Shown: positions 1-14,205 of the stretch, piece by piece | Layout: each line of letters opens with the position of its first letter | Numbering within the stretch: position 1 is the first letter of the stretch | From: Eledone cirrhosa | Lineage: Eukaryota | Assembly (NCBI GenBank): GCA_964016885.1 | Contig: OZ024749.1 | Location: 53,878,001 to 53,942,000 of the forward strand | DNA length: 64,000 nucleotides | Direction of reading: 5' to 3' | Translations under genes and position numbers: made by a program | The notes under the pieces: model-generated | Told to the model about the DNA's origin: nothing | The model's database searches: none | The model's input: only the letters and a program-made list of their open reading frames with translations

Positions 1-856
1 AAACACTTCATTTCATGTTGCTCCAGTACACTCAGCTGAAAATGGGTACCAGCAGCAATAGCTGGGGGGGTTTAACCTTGCCATGGACTGGCGTCCTGTA
101 CTCTCAGTAGTTTCACACCACAGAAACCGGAGAGAAGCAGCGGCCTGAGGAGCTTCTGGGCTGGGAAAAGACATTCCAGAGTAACATCTTATATTCTGTC
201 TCTTCATGCCACAGAAACTAGGGATAAACATTGATCTGATGAGCCTCCAAGCTTGAGAGAGAGACTTTAGACCTGTGATGGATTAGCATCCTGTCCAGGG
301 GGAAGTCTAGTACTCCCAATCACTTCACTCCACTCCACGGAAACCAGGAATAAGAACCGACCTGATGAGCCTCCAAGCTCGAGAGACGGACTTTTTTTTT
401 TAGAAAACAACACTCCTAATCCTATACACCTCCTCCTGCTTTTCTCACCTCTCACAAAACTACACAAGGTGAAGCTCAGTTAAAATGACTTCTTTTCTGT
501 CTATTTGTGTGTTTTTTTAAATGTGTTATACATGTAAAGTTATGATACTGACATAAGTTAAACATGTACAAAACTAACAATAGCTAATTCTTTCCCAAGT
601 AATTAGAAATCTACACCTAAACAAAAAACAAGAATGTACTTATTACTAAAACAATGTTCTCACAAACAATATCTAAACAAAATGATTCAAACTAGATCAT
701 TATCATTTAACGTCCATCTTCCACTCCAGCATGGGTAGATATTTTTTATAATATATTATATATACACACACACACACAAATACATGTTTACATCAAGTCC
801 AAACTTCTAGTTTTAAATAACCACATATGTATGTGTATATGAGTAACAAGACTCAC

Positions 857-926
857 TACTTAGCCATATTAAATGACTATTTAAACTCTACTTCGGTATT
901 GAATACTATTTCCTCTAGTCCGACAA
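857..926 (-). other. Possible exon of a divergent gene containing a start codon (ATG GCT AAG TA|GTGAGT)
   Basis: Minus-strand tttag acceptor at 927-928, GTGAGT donor at 851-856, AATATGG Kozak context, in-frame upstream TAG. Only 11 coding nt, so no product call. Confidence 0.25.
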
Positions 927-959
927 CTAAATACGGATATATATATATATAACATAACA

Positions 960-1150
960 AGACATGCAGGAAAATATGGAAATGGAGTGTGTGGAAACTA
1001 AAGGAGCTCTCCATTGAATATAAGTTTAGACAGGGCCTAAGGGATGCAGTTGCCAGCCTGTCAGAAGGTGACCTGGTGGTGGAACAGCTCAATAGATGGA
1101 GCCATCAAAGCCAAGAGACAGGCTTGGAAAGACTGGAAAAATGGGGGTAG
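960..1150 (+). mobile_element. RTE LINE internal fragment (EN-RT linker)
   Basis: Frameshifted translation WKLKE...TWWWN...AIKAKRQAWKDWK. Confidence 0.65.
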
Positions 1151-4100
1151 CAGAAACTGGTACCCCCATCTTTGGCTTTTATTCACGTATATACAGTAAC
1201 ATTTTTATGTATATTGGAGACTACATTTTTCAAGATTTTATCAGTAAAGGAAACAAAACAGCGAGTTGAAAGGTGAAGGTCAAACAAATCACTTAAGTCA
1301 TTATCTAAACTTCAAGGGATGAAGGGTGGGTGGAATTTGTGTACTTGTTTGGCTTATCAGTTGAGCTGAGACCATGCGTTGAAACTGTAGTAATTACTCG
1401 ATGAAAGAGTCATTTCAACCATTAAAAACACACAAAAACTGTTGTATTCACTCTTATTTCAACACAAATCAAGAGTGAATGTAAATTTTTTTTTATTTTT
1501 TTTTTTTAGGTGTTTTTTAAATGGCTAAAATGACTCTTCCGTGCTGTAATGATTAAAAACAATTTTTGTAGAATGATTTTGAAGGTGCATGGCCTAGTGT
1601 TAAGGGTGCTAGACTTACAATCATAATGTCATGGGTTTCATTTCTGGACTGGGTTGTTCTTGAACAAAACACTTCATTTCATGTTGCTCCAGTACACACT
1701 GCTGAAAATGAGTACCAGCAATAGCTGGAGGTTTAACCCTTTAGTGTTTAAACTAGCCATATCCGGCCAGAATTCCCTCACCTCTTTTGGTTCAAACTGG
1801 CCATAACTGGCTGCTTATACTGCTGTTGAGGTATTACTCTCAAAATTAATAATACCAAAATCTCATAGATTTGATATTATGTGAGATAACTATGTGCAGT
1901 AAAGCCTTTACTGTGAAAATATAATAGTATATATAGAGTAATGTGAATACTAAAGAGTTAAAACAACACACAATATTTATCAAGAACAAACACTTATTTC
2001 CACATTTCCTTTCTAATAATAGAACACAAATTTAAAAATAAAAAAGGGAGAGGGAGGGAAATATTTCAGGAAACTGAGTGGGTCCACTAAAAATAAAAAT
2101 AAAAATTTTAATGACAGTAACAATAAAATTTTTATCTTTTAAAAACATCTTGAGCTAAGAATAATGTAGAGTTTAGTCTAATTTCTGGAACACTAACACA
2201 TGCTGTTCTCTTGTTTTTTTTCACTGGTTTCGGTCATTTGACTGTGGTCATACAGGTGACATGGTGAGCATATACAAGGAAAGCACAGCCTTAAAGTTGG
2301 TGGTGACACGATAAAAAGTGCCCAGTCCACACTGTAAAATGGTCATGTAGGTTTTAAGATAAAAAACACCCAGTCCACACTGTAAAAGGTGTTACAACAA
2401 AAAACACCCAGCCCACACTGTAAAATGGTCATGTAAGTGACATGACAAAAAACACCCAGCCCACACTGTAAACAAGGATATGGTACAAGATTTTAAGGAA
2501 ATTCAGGACTTTGGGTTGCCTGTTAGTCCACAATAATTACAACTTTATATCATAGAATAGTGTATCTTTAAAACTTTATTAAACATTCATAAATATAGTT
2601 AAATTTTAATATGTATTTACAAATAAATAAATTAAAAAAGAAAAGACAAATAAGATAAAACAAAAAACAAAGAAGACAATAAATGACTGATAAGTTTCAT
2701 AAAGTCAGTACAATGTGGTAGAAATATATAGAGGGCAAAGGATGATAAAACAAAGTAATGTTTTACCCAGTATATTTCAGGGCTAATACCCTCTTTTCAA
2801 ATGTGAAACTTTTAGGAAGGGTATTTAGCCATAGAAAGCTTGCCAAACAAGGGATTGGGAGGATCCTTCAGTTTGTGTGAAAAGACACAACTTCTCCTCA
2901 GCACTCAATAATGACTACATCAGCAGGATACAGATCTCCTTGGCCTGTCTGGTATGTCAGTGGCCCCACTTCAGTATTGACTTGGTCTATGTAGACCCAT
3001 CCAACCCTAGCTAGCAGGGAAAATGGATGTTAAATGATGATGATGTACCAGCTTTTTAAAACCAATCAGTCATGTTATATATCCCACAAAAAAGACAATA
3101 GTTACCTGTAATATTTGTTAAACAGAAACGTTTTTAGGCTTTCACATACCGTACACGTGTAAATTAATCTCAGAGTCTTGGGTCAATTTCAAAAAAATGT
3201 ACCCAAAATGTATATATATTCAACTGAAAAATAAGAAAGAATTACATTAAAAGATGACCTATAAAGCAGTTGTAGATTTATGAGTTGAAGAGATTTAACA
3301 TTTCTTTAACTCTTTAGCATTTACATTATTCTATACTTACTATTGTATTTTCACAGTAAAGGCTTTATTTTACATAATTATCTATGTAATATCGAATCAA
3401 CGAGATTTTGATGTCATTTATTTTGAGAACAATACCTTAATATAAGTATGAGCAGCCAGTTACGGCTGGTTTGAACAGAAAGAGGTGAGAGAATTCTGGC
3501 CGGATATGGCCGGTTTAAATGCTAAAGGGTTAAACTAGCCATATCCGGCCAGAATTCTCTCACTGCTTTCTGTTCAAACCAGCCATTCATACTCATGTTG
3601 AGTTAATGTTCTCAAAATAAATAATATCAAAATCTCATAGATTTGATATTATGTGAGATAAAGACTTTACTATGAATATACAATAGTATATATAGAGTAA
3701 TGTAAATACTACAGGGTTAAATGAAAACACATAAGCAGTCCTTTTCAAATATTATTACTATTTAGGCAACGAATTGACCAAAGTTTTAGAGTATCGGAAG
3801 AAATATTTTGGGTTCTCAGTACCAGTCTCAATGAGGTCAACTTTACATTTTTTTTTTTTTTCTTGTACATGACATCTTGATTCCTCTTATGCCCAGTTTT
3901 TATTTCAGTTCATCTGTGCTAAATCCTTCATGTATATAATTAACATTAAACATTTATCAGAGCTTGATCACTTCATTTCTCTCCATCTCTCCACCTTCAC
4001 ATATCCTCTGCAGTCGTTGCCCATGTCTCATTACCATGCAACATTACATTTCATGTACTTAACATTAAACATTTATCGGAACATGCTCACTTCATTTCTC

Positions 4101-4313
4101 TCTCCACCTTCGCATGTCCTCTGCCTGTATGCAGTGGTGCATTACCATGCACCACTGCATACAAGCATCATACAATCTACCACCCTTCGCTTGGAAATGA
4201 AAAAAACTCTTTTTTTGTTGTCAAAAGCGTTAGTAACTCATGTTTTCCATCCTGCTTTTATTCTGGCTACAATATTTTCAGAGCAACCATCTACACTACT
4301 AATTAGGTTACCT

Positions 4314-4592
4314 AGGTGTCAGAACAAAAAGCACCCAGATCACACTATAAAGTGGTTGTATAGGTGTCACAACAAAAAGCACCCTGTATACACAGTAAAG
4401 TGGTCATGTAGGTTACATGACAAAAAGTACCCAGTCCACACTGTAAAGTGGTTGTATAAGTGTCACAACAAAAAGCACCCTGTATACACAGTAAAGTGGT
4501 CGTGTAGGTGTCATGACAAAAAACACCCAGCCCACATTGCAAAGTAGTTGTATAAGCGTCACAACAAAAAGCACCCTGTATACACTGTAAAT
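4314..4592 (+). repeat. Six ~48-bp tandem units (alternating A/B, 96-bp higher order) from a SINE body; similar array at 2300-2472
   Basis: AAAAAGCACCC...ACACTGTAAAGTGG repeated, followed by the rest of the SINE. Confidence 0.85.
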
Positions 4593-5612
4593 GTGGTTGG
4601 CGTTAAGAAAAGCATAAAGCTGTAGAAAGCAAGCCTGAATCAGTTCTGTATGAGCAAGACATAGGCATCTGATTCGACTTGTCTCACAAGAGGGCAACTC
4701 ATCTAACCCATGCTAGCATGGAAAAATGGGCATTAAACGGTGGTGGTGGTGGTTCAGTTTGTAAACAGGAATACCTTTTGCAAAATGGCCAATGGAGAGG
4801 AGGTACCCGAGACGGTCTCTTAAAAACTTTAAACTCACCCAAAATGCTTATATAATAAACAAACAAAAAAGAAACACTATCGAATTCTGTGTTACACAAT
4901 ACTGACATAATTAGAGTGGGTCATGAGATGTTAGTTGTTTAGTTCCAGGTCAACCTTGATCGAAATCAGGCCTATGACCACAACTGTGTTTTAACTGTGA
5001 CCATCTGGGTAGTTTTAAGTGGTGGGTGGGTCGAGGTTTTTTTCAGGTGTGAATGGGTGGTGGTGTTTTAAGGATGTGTGGGGGTCGAGGTTTTCTTTTA
5101 GGGGTGGATGGGTGTTGTTTTTTTTTAGCGGTGAATGTTTTTTTTTGAGTGGGGAAAAACCAGATCATACATTAGCTAATATATCCTTTTCTAAATAAGA
5201 ATGTTGTGATACAGCGAATATACTTTAGTAATAACACACACAAAAAAAAGAAAACCTGTTAAAAACGAAGCCCTGATAATTTGAAGCAACAAGTGTTTAT
5301 GTTGAAATAGTTGGCTTTAAGAAGCTTATTATAGTCACTGACAGCAATGTTGTTTTTTTTCCACTTCGTTTACGCCATTAATGCGCTTGCAAACACCATG
5401 TAGCACAACTTACCATTTCCATTCCCTTTATACATACATATAAACACGTACACACACACACATATATATATATATATATGTGTGTGTGTGATTTCGTATT
5501 ACGAAAGAATAAGCCTTCGATATGTAAACAGGTTATATGCATACAAGCATATATATATATATATATACATATATATAAATGGCCTTAGTAATACACCATA
5601 TACAAACACACA

Positions 5613-5666
<54 letters not shown>

Positions 5667-6509
5667 TAGATAGATAAGACGTCTAACGCCTACTTAGTCA
5701 ACAGGAAATCAAGCCCATGTATTTAATTAGCTCCATAAACACTAAAATGTCAACGAATTATGCTACAAAATTTCTCTTCTCTGTCTCCTCTCTACTCCAG
5801 CAAAGAGACTCGTTTGTGTTTCACACAACATTACATTCTCATAAAACATATCTTACATTAACATTTGAGGAATGGCAAGAGATAAAGTCAAACCAATACC
5901 AATATATTACTGGTACTAGTACTAAACTAAACCAAATACAATTTTAAACTAACAATCATAACCGTTTTGGTGGTGGTGTGGTGTTTTCTTTCTTTTTTTT
6001 TTCTTGCCATAATAGTAATTATTATAATCTACGATATATAAAACTAGTTTTAAAATACAACAACCGATGGACTTATGATGAAATTATCAAGGTAATTAAG
6101 GTAAATCTAACTACAGAAGGTTGTTTAGTTCTTTCGGAGGAGAAGAGAAAAACCCAGAGAAACTAATAACCATAATAGTAATTATTATAATCTATTATAT
6201 ATAAAACTACTTTTTAAAATACAACAGCAGCCCTATGAGGAAATTATCAAGGTAATTAAGGTATATCTAACAGAGAAGGGTCTTTGGTGGTTTGGTTAGT
6301 TTTATCGGAAGAAGAAGAATTTAGAAAGGTTACTGCAATACAGCAAATGGTGTAAATATCTTTCTTATAAACAATTATGTATAAATACAGCAAAGACAAG
6401 ACAAATAAGATCGATATTTTGAAGAGACTGTGACTGAAAAATCATCGAATATTTTGGGTCTATGGATAGATAGATGAAGGGATGGAGTGTTGAGGACAAG
6501 GGGAAAGAC

Positions 6510-7097
6510 ATATGTGTATATATATATACACATATATATATATATACACACACATATATATACACACACATATATATACATACACATACATATATATATA
6601 CACACAAATATATATACATACTCACATATATACGCACATACATATATATACATACACTCATATATATATATATATATATGCACATACATATACACACATA
6701 TATATATATATACACATACACATATATAGACACACAAATATATACACACATATATATACATATATATATATACATATATACACACGCACATATATATATA
6801 CACAAATATATACACATACACACATATATATATATATACACAAATATATACACACATATATATATATATATACACACAAATATATACACACACATATATA
6901 TATACACATACACACATATATATATACACATACACACATATATATATATACACATACACACATATATATACACACAAATATATATATATATATATATACA
7001 CACAAATATATATACATACCCTCATATATATATATATATATATATACGCACATATATATACACACACACACATATATATATGTGTGTGTGTGTATAT
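6510..7097. repeat. (TA)/(CA) compound microsatellite
   Basis: Direct reading. Confidence 0.95.
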
Positions 7098-7216
7098 ACT
7101 GAAGGAGGTGTGTACAAGTGTACACAGAACGTTCAAAATTAACTGAATGAACAGAATATAGGTTTAATTTTACAAAAGATAAACAATATTGGTAACTGCG
7201 AAGCCTCGACGATAGA

Positions 7217-7263
<47 letters not shown>

Positions 7264-7276
7264 GTTATATATATAT

Positions 7277-7745
7277 ATATTGTTATACTTTGGGAGGGTC
7301 GTGTTGCCAATAAGAAACACACGCACCAGTGCTTTCACTTCAATTTATTATAAATTTTTTTTTTAAATTATAAATTTCGGGCTGGTTGGTTCCACAACCG
7401 GACGGTTGTTCATATATTGTCAAAGTTCTGTGACCTCATCAGTGACCGGGGATTCTTTTCTTTGTTTTGTGCCTCTCCTTTGTTCTGTCCTACGCCATCT
7501 TGATGAGGTCACAGAATGTGTGACAAAAGAACTTTGACAATATATGAACAACGTCCGGTTGTGGAACCAACCAACCAACCAACCGGAAATTTATAAATTT
7601 TTTTTTAATTTATAATAAATTGGAGTGAACGCATCTGGTGCGTGTGTTTCTTATTGGCAACATGACCCTCCCAAAGTATAACAATATCGGTTTCAACACA
7701 CGTTTTCAGATATAGAATCTTGCTAAACAAATTCAGAAACGAAAT
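7277..7745 (+). mobile_element. Fold-back element in (TA)n, Penelope-like terminus (family A)
   Basis: ~160-185 bp inverted arms (7279-7441 / 7501-7685) plus ~60 bp tail; two defective hammerheads; relatives at 29870-30150 and 31855-31965. Confidence 0.7.
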
Positions 7746-8036
7746 ATATATTAATCAGGATGGATACAGTTTGATACTAGTTACACTATTGCCCAACAGA
7801 GTACTCGATACTTGGAGTAGTAGAGTATGGTTACATTATAAACCTCCAGGTCCCAACTCTTTAATATATAATCATTGTACTGTATTGTTCTACTGTGTTG
7901 TCTTTCCTTGTTGATTAATCTCCTCCATTCACTACACACACTAAACTACTATGTAAGACTATCAGTCAACTTAGTAGCACTTTAATGGAACAATGAAGAT
8001 CTTATTCATTACACTGTCAACATACATGTCATATAT

Positions 8037-8114
<78 letters not shown>

Positions 8115-8264
8115 TGTATATATTAACACGACGTATATAAACTATACTGCCTATATGTATAAATGTGTGTATATATATATATATAATATATATGGTGTTG
8201 TTTGCTTAGTTATTTTTGTTTACGTTTTGCATATATACACACACAAATATGTTTCATATACAAC

Positions 8265-8309
<45 letters not shown>

Positions 8310-8589
8310 CTGGAAATAAATAAGTGCTTAGTGTCCAAATAATATAAAATATTTCAACAAAGAGGAGGAGGCCTCTACGTGGTTGTTAAAGTATACTAGA
8401 AATAGCAACGAAATCTACATCGTACATGTTAAATGTGGCATTCGCTGTAGTATGTCTACGAGTGGTATGGGGATGACTGGTGATGGTCACGGCTGGATAT
8501 ACCTTGAACATAAGTTAGTGTGTCTGATCCGAGCTAACCATGGGCTAAACAAGAGATAGAGAGGACACAAGTTAGATAGAAAGAAGTTA

Positions 8590-8919
8590 GAGATAAAGAT
8601 AGATGGGTAGGTAGATAGATGGGTAGGTAGATAGATGGGTAGGTAGATAGATGGGTAGATAGATAGATGGGTAGATAGATAGATACATCGATGGGTAGGT
8701 AAATAGGTAGGTAGATCGATGGGTAGGTAGATCGATGGGTAGGTAGATCGATGGGTAGGTAGGTAGGTAGGTATCGAAGTTAAATATGTATATAGATGGA
8801 TAGATAGATGATAGAAAGAAATAGACATATAGATAGATAAATATATACATAGAAAATACATATATATACAGAGAGAGAGATAGAAATATATATATATATA
8901 TATAGAGAGAGAGATAGAA

Positions 8920-8950
<31 letters not shown>

Positions 8951-8955
8951 TAGAA

Positions 8956-8988
<33 letters not shown>

Positions 8989-9077
8989 TAGAAATATATA
9001 TATAGAGAGAGAGAGAGATAGAAATATATATATAGAGAGAGAGAGATAGAAATATATATATATAGAGAGAGATAGAA

Positions 9078-9108
<31 letters not shown>

Positions 9109-9841
9109 TAGAAATATATATATAGAGAGAGAGAGATAGAAATATATATAGAGAGAGAGAGATAGAAATATATATATAGAGAGAGAGATAGAAATATATA
9201 TATAGAGAGAGAGATAGAAATATATATATACAGAGAGAGATAGAAATATATATATACAGAGAGAGAGATATAAATATATACAGAGAGAGAGATAGAAATA
9301 TATATATAGAGAGAGATAGAAATATATATATAGAGAGAGAGATAGAAATATATATATAGAGAGAGAGATAGAAATATATATATACAGAGAGAGATAGAAA
9401 TATATATATACAGAGAGAGAGAGATAGAAATATATACAGAGAGAGAGATAGAAATATATATATAGAGAGAGAGATAGAAATATATATATAGAGAGAGAGA
9501 TAGAAATATATATATAGAGAGAGAGATAGAAATATATATATAGAGAGAGAGATAGAAATATATATAGAGAGAGAGAGATAGAAATATATATATAGAGAGA
9601 GAGAGATAGAAATATATATATACAGAGAGAGAGATATAAATATATACAGAGAGAGAGATAGAAATATATATATAGAGAGGGATAGAAATATATATATAGA
9701 GAGAGAGATAGAAATATATATATAGAGAGAGAGATATAGAAATATATATATAGAGAGAGGGATAGATAGAAATATGGGCGGTGCCCAAGCATGGCCTCAG
9801 CCGGATGGCTGAAACAGGTAAAAGAGTATATATAGAGATAG

Positions 9842-9898
<57 letters not shown>

Positions 9899-9963
9899 CA
9901 GATATACATATATATATACATATATACAGATATACATATATATATACATATATACAGATATAC

Positions 9964-10012
<49 letters not shown>

Positions 10013-10029
10013 CAGATATACATATACAG

Positions 10030-10096
<67 letters not shown>

Positions 10097-10105
10097 CAGA
10101 TATAC

Positions 10106-10142
<37 letters not shown>

Positions 10143-10367
10143 TATACATATATATATATATATACATATATATATACATATATACATATACATATATACA
10201 TATACATATATACATATATATATACATATATACATATATATATACATATATACATATATATATACATATATATATATATATACAGATATACATATATACA
10301 TATATATACATATATATAGATATATATATATATATATATACAGATATACATATATATACATATATAT

Positions 10368-10406
<39 letters not shown>

Positions 10407-10429
10407 TATACATATATATACATATATAT

Positions 10430-10470
<41 letters not shown>

Positions 10471-10753
10471 TATACATATATATACATATATATAGATATA
10501 TATATATATATATATATACAGATATACATATATATATATACAGATATATATATATATATTTATACAGATATACATATATATATATATTTATACAGATATA
10601 CATATATATATATATTTATACAGATATACATATATACATATATATATTTATACAGAGAGAGAGCTAGAAATATATATATATATATATACATATATACAGA
10701 GAGAGAGACAGAGATATAGATATACAAATATATATATATACACAGAGAGAGAC

Positions 10754-10795
<42 letters not shown>

Positions 10796-10830
10796 ATAAA
10801 GAGAGAGAGAGATAAATAGATAAGATTTAA
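8590..10830. repeat. Compound GATA/GGTA/GA/TA/CA microsatellite block
   Basis: Direct reading; domain switch at 9776-9827. Confidence 0.95.
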
Positions 10831-11248
10831 AATATATAGCAATACATATGCTGTAAATAAATAAGTGTTTCGTGTCAATAACATAATACAACTGTCTCCG
10901 TACACCCGAAACAACAAAGAAAATATATATAATATACATACATATATACATATATATATATACACGTACATATATATATATATATATATTCACCATAAAT
11001 TTAGTAGATATGCCAGAATATATATATATGTGTGTATATATATTTATATATATATACTGTGTTTTACTGTGTTGTGTCATAATAGTAAAATATTACACAC
11101 TAAACTTTCTACGTTATAAACCAAAACAGAAATATTTCCTCCTCCATTTGTTTGCTAGATATAAAAATGGTAGGTGGGGTAGTTTATATACATACATATG
11201 TGTATATATATATATATTATATATATATATACACACACACACATCTAC

Positions 11249-11280
<32 letters not shown>

Positions 11281-11281
11281 G

Positions 11282-11363
11282 CAGGGTGTCCTGAAAAAAT
11301 GTATACACACTTCAACAGCATTCGAATCAGTGTGTATACATTTTTGGGGGAGGGGACACCCTG
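11282..11363. mobile_element. Tc1/mariner-like MITE (82 bp)
   Basis: CAGGGTGTCC...GGACACCCTG TIRs plus inner AAAAATGTATACACAC inverted repeat, in TA context; related ends at 55405-55574. Confidence 0.7.
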
Positions 11364-11844
11364 TATGTATGTATATATATATACACACAAATATATAGAT
11401 ACACACATATATATATATATATATAAATATATATATATTATGGAATACTGTTGGCTTTTTGCTACAATGTTTTCTATACCTTTCATTTATATATAAATAT
11501 ATATATACATATATGTATATACACATATGCAAACGAACGAACGAAAAACAAAAATAAGGAAAATAGTTTGTCTTTTTAAAATAGTAAAACATAATTATGA
11601 ACTTACAGGAATGTTAATAAATTTGTTTACAAGTAATCAGCAAAGACTGTTTGTTCTTAAAGTCTATCTATAACGAAGGTACACAATAAACGATAACATT
11701 GTGAAAGCAAAACATGGCCGATTCTAATCACGTGGTCATGTCACATGACTGTCATTCTGCAATACACGTCCACCACCATCTCCTTTCTAGCTTCTCTGCT
11801 TCTCTCTTGCCTTGCCTTGCTTCATGTTCAGAACTGAACAGAAT

Positions 11845-12925
11845 AGGACGGCATTTGACGCGGTCGTTAGACAGGTTTACGAAATAACAGCCAAATAACC
11901 TTACTTTGGAAGGATTCACACTCTCTGACACCGTCTTAAAAAAAAAGAAAAGGAGTAGACACATTAGATAAATAATATAGTCTTGGATAACCGTGCAAAA
12001 ATGTCTTTTGATCATGCCCACGTTTGCAAGACGGCCTTTGACATGGTCGTTAGACAGGTTTACGAAATAACAGCCAAATAACCTTACTTTGGAACGAATC
12101 ACACCATTTTGCCACTGTTTTAATATCTTAATAATAAAACAAATGGTTGGGGAGAAGACACATTAAATAAATAATGTAGTCCTGGATATTCTTGCAAAAA
12201 TGTCGGAATTGTCAAGGACCGGATGCCTTTGATCATACATACGTTTGCAGGATGGCTTTTGAGATGGTCGTTAGACATAGGTTTAAGAAATAACAGCCAA
12301 AAATACCTTACTTTGGAAGGAATTACACTCCCTGATACGATCTTAAAGAAAAAGTGGGTGAGGGTGGGGGTAGAAAGACACATTAACCCTTTAGTATTTG
12401 CATTAGTCTAAACTTACTATTGTATTTTCACAGTAAAGGCTTTACCTCACATAATTATCTCATATAGTATTGAATCTATGATTTTGATATTATTTATTTG
12501 ATATTAAGGGCAGTGGATTGGCAGTATCCGTAGAGGGTCGGACACCATGCTTTTGATGCATAGAGTTACGGCCCTTGCCATCCTGAGTTCAAATCCTGCC
12601 GAGGTTAACTTTGCCTTTCATCCTTACGGGGTCGATAAAATAAAGTACCAGTAATGCACTGGATAATTGCTGGCCTTGTGCCAAAAGTAGAAACAATTAT
12701 TTATTTGATATTATTTATTTTGAGAAAAATACCTTAACATCTGTATGAGTGGCTGGTTACAGCCAGTTTAAACAGAAATAGGTGAGAGAATCCTGGCCGG
12801 TTTAAATGCTAAAGTGTTAAATAATGTAGTCTTGGATATCCCTGCAAAAATGTCTTTTGATCATATATACGTTTGCAGGACTTTGACGTGGTCGTTAGAC
12901 ATAGGTGTAAGAAATAACACACTAA
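11845..12925 (+). repeat. Four diverged ~190-220 bp tandem units, the third interrupted by a MITE+SINE
   Basis: GGTCGTTAGACA...AAATAACAGCCAAA...AGACACATTA repeated at ~11860, 12045, 12265, 12890. Confidence 0.8.
12507..12695 (+). mobile_element. tRNA-derived Nin-domain SINE with 18-bp TSD
   Basis: GAGTTCAAATCC B box, GCCTTTCATCCTTACGGGGTCGATAAAATAAAGTACCAG core; ATTATTTATTTGATATTA on both sides. About 18 further copies or fragments (e.g. 21970-22345, 31140-31325, 32772-32905, 46418-46626, 54940-55400). Confidence 0.8.
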
Positions 12926-14172
12926 CAGCATTGCCACAAGTGATGGCGAGGCTAAGAAGGTGCTGAAATAACTAAGCACTCTAACAAGAATCACACCTGC
13001 ATGGAGATCTCTTGTCAGCCAATGTTCCATAGGAGAACTGATGAAGAAGAAGAAGAATCATTTAATTTAATCAAGATAAAACAGCTTCTAGTTGGTCAGT
13101 ATTAACTTACGGATATTATTTTAAGGTTGCTGTGTACTATAAATTAAACACAAATTAAACACAATTTGTCCTGACTAGATTTTATCCTAATTTCTAATTC
13201 AAATTTGAAAAAAAATAACAAAAATACCTTTTTTCCCCATTTCTCAAATTTCTCTGACACAAAAGTTGTGTTAAACTTGAGAAAATAGAAAACTAAACCG
13301 TTGACATGCCAATGTTACCTGAGACTAACAAGTTAATATGTATAAATTTAGAGGGAAGCATTATTTAGAATATCAGGTGTATAATGAGAGATATTATAGG
13401 GGTATGTGGTTAGAATGTCTCAGGAAAGAATCACTGGGAAGATTTTATGGGCAAAAACCAACCAGCAGAAGACATGGGGGTAGACGTAGACCCTTAGCAA
13501 GATGGTTGGATAACATCCATGGACTTGGTTGGTCTGGTTTGGCTTTGGAATCCAGCTGGATCAATTGGCTTTAACTCTGCAATGGATTAGAGTCCTGTCC
13601 AGGGTGGGGAGTCTTGTATGCTCAGTCACCCCATGCAACATAAATTGGGATAAGCCCTAGCCTTATGAGCCTATGGGCTTGAGACAGACTTTAACCCTGT
13701 GATGGACTGGTATCCTGTCCAGGGTGGGGAATCTTGATCTCTCAGTCACTTAACGCCACAGATATGGCTAGCTGACTGGATGGCTGGCTGGTTGGTTAGC
13801 AGGCTGGCTGGCTGGCTGACCCTCTGACCAGCTGGCTGGTTGGCAAGTAGGTAAAAGTAGGAAATGGCCTAATATTATAATTTACTGGATTGGTTTCCTC
13901 ATTCCAGTCTACAGCTAATGACTAGCTGCTGATTCCTACAGGAAACAAATCAACAGAGATATGCCAGTTTCCTAGAAGAACTTGACAGCAGAACCGAAAT
14001 TTATTATTGATATTCTCTGCCAAAGCAAGTTTAAAAATAGTAAATGTTATGCCATTCATTCCATAGTTCTGTTGCACTGGACATATGTATTGTATCTCTG
14101 TAGATATTTCACTGGTTGTATGGTGCCAAGATATTAGATTATCTTCAAGTGGAAAATATATAGTCACTATTG

Positions 14173-14205
<33 letters not shown>

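Noticed and set aside
236-390. CTGATGAG motifs at 236 and 362 (also CTGATGA at 13038)
   Set aside because: No stem II-GAAA-stem III follows; they are SINE or LINE tail sequence.
3930-4547. 205-aa ORF with His/Cys repeats resembling zinc fingers
   Set aside because: The repeats are 48-bp SINE-derived tandem units; the upstream part looks like a decayed minus-strand RTE remnant.
12510-12605. tRNA-like A/B boxes here and at other SINE heads
   Set aside because: No complete cloverleaf; they continue into SINE bodies, so not tRNA genes.
13930-14160. Unique stretch with FLEELDS, reminiscent of hAT transposase
   Set aside because: Too short, interrupted by stops, no further motifs.
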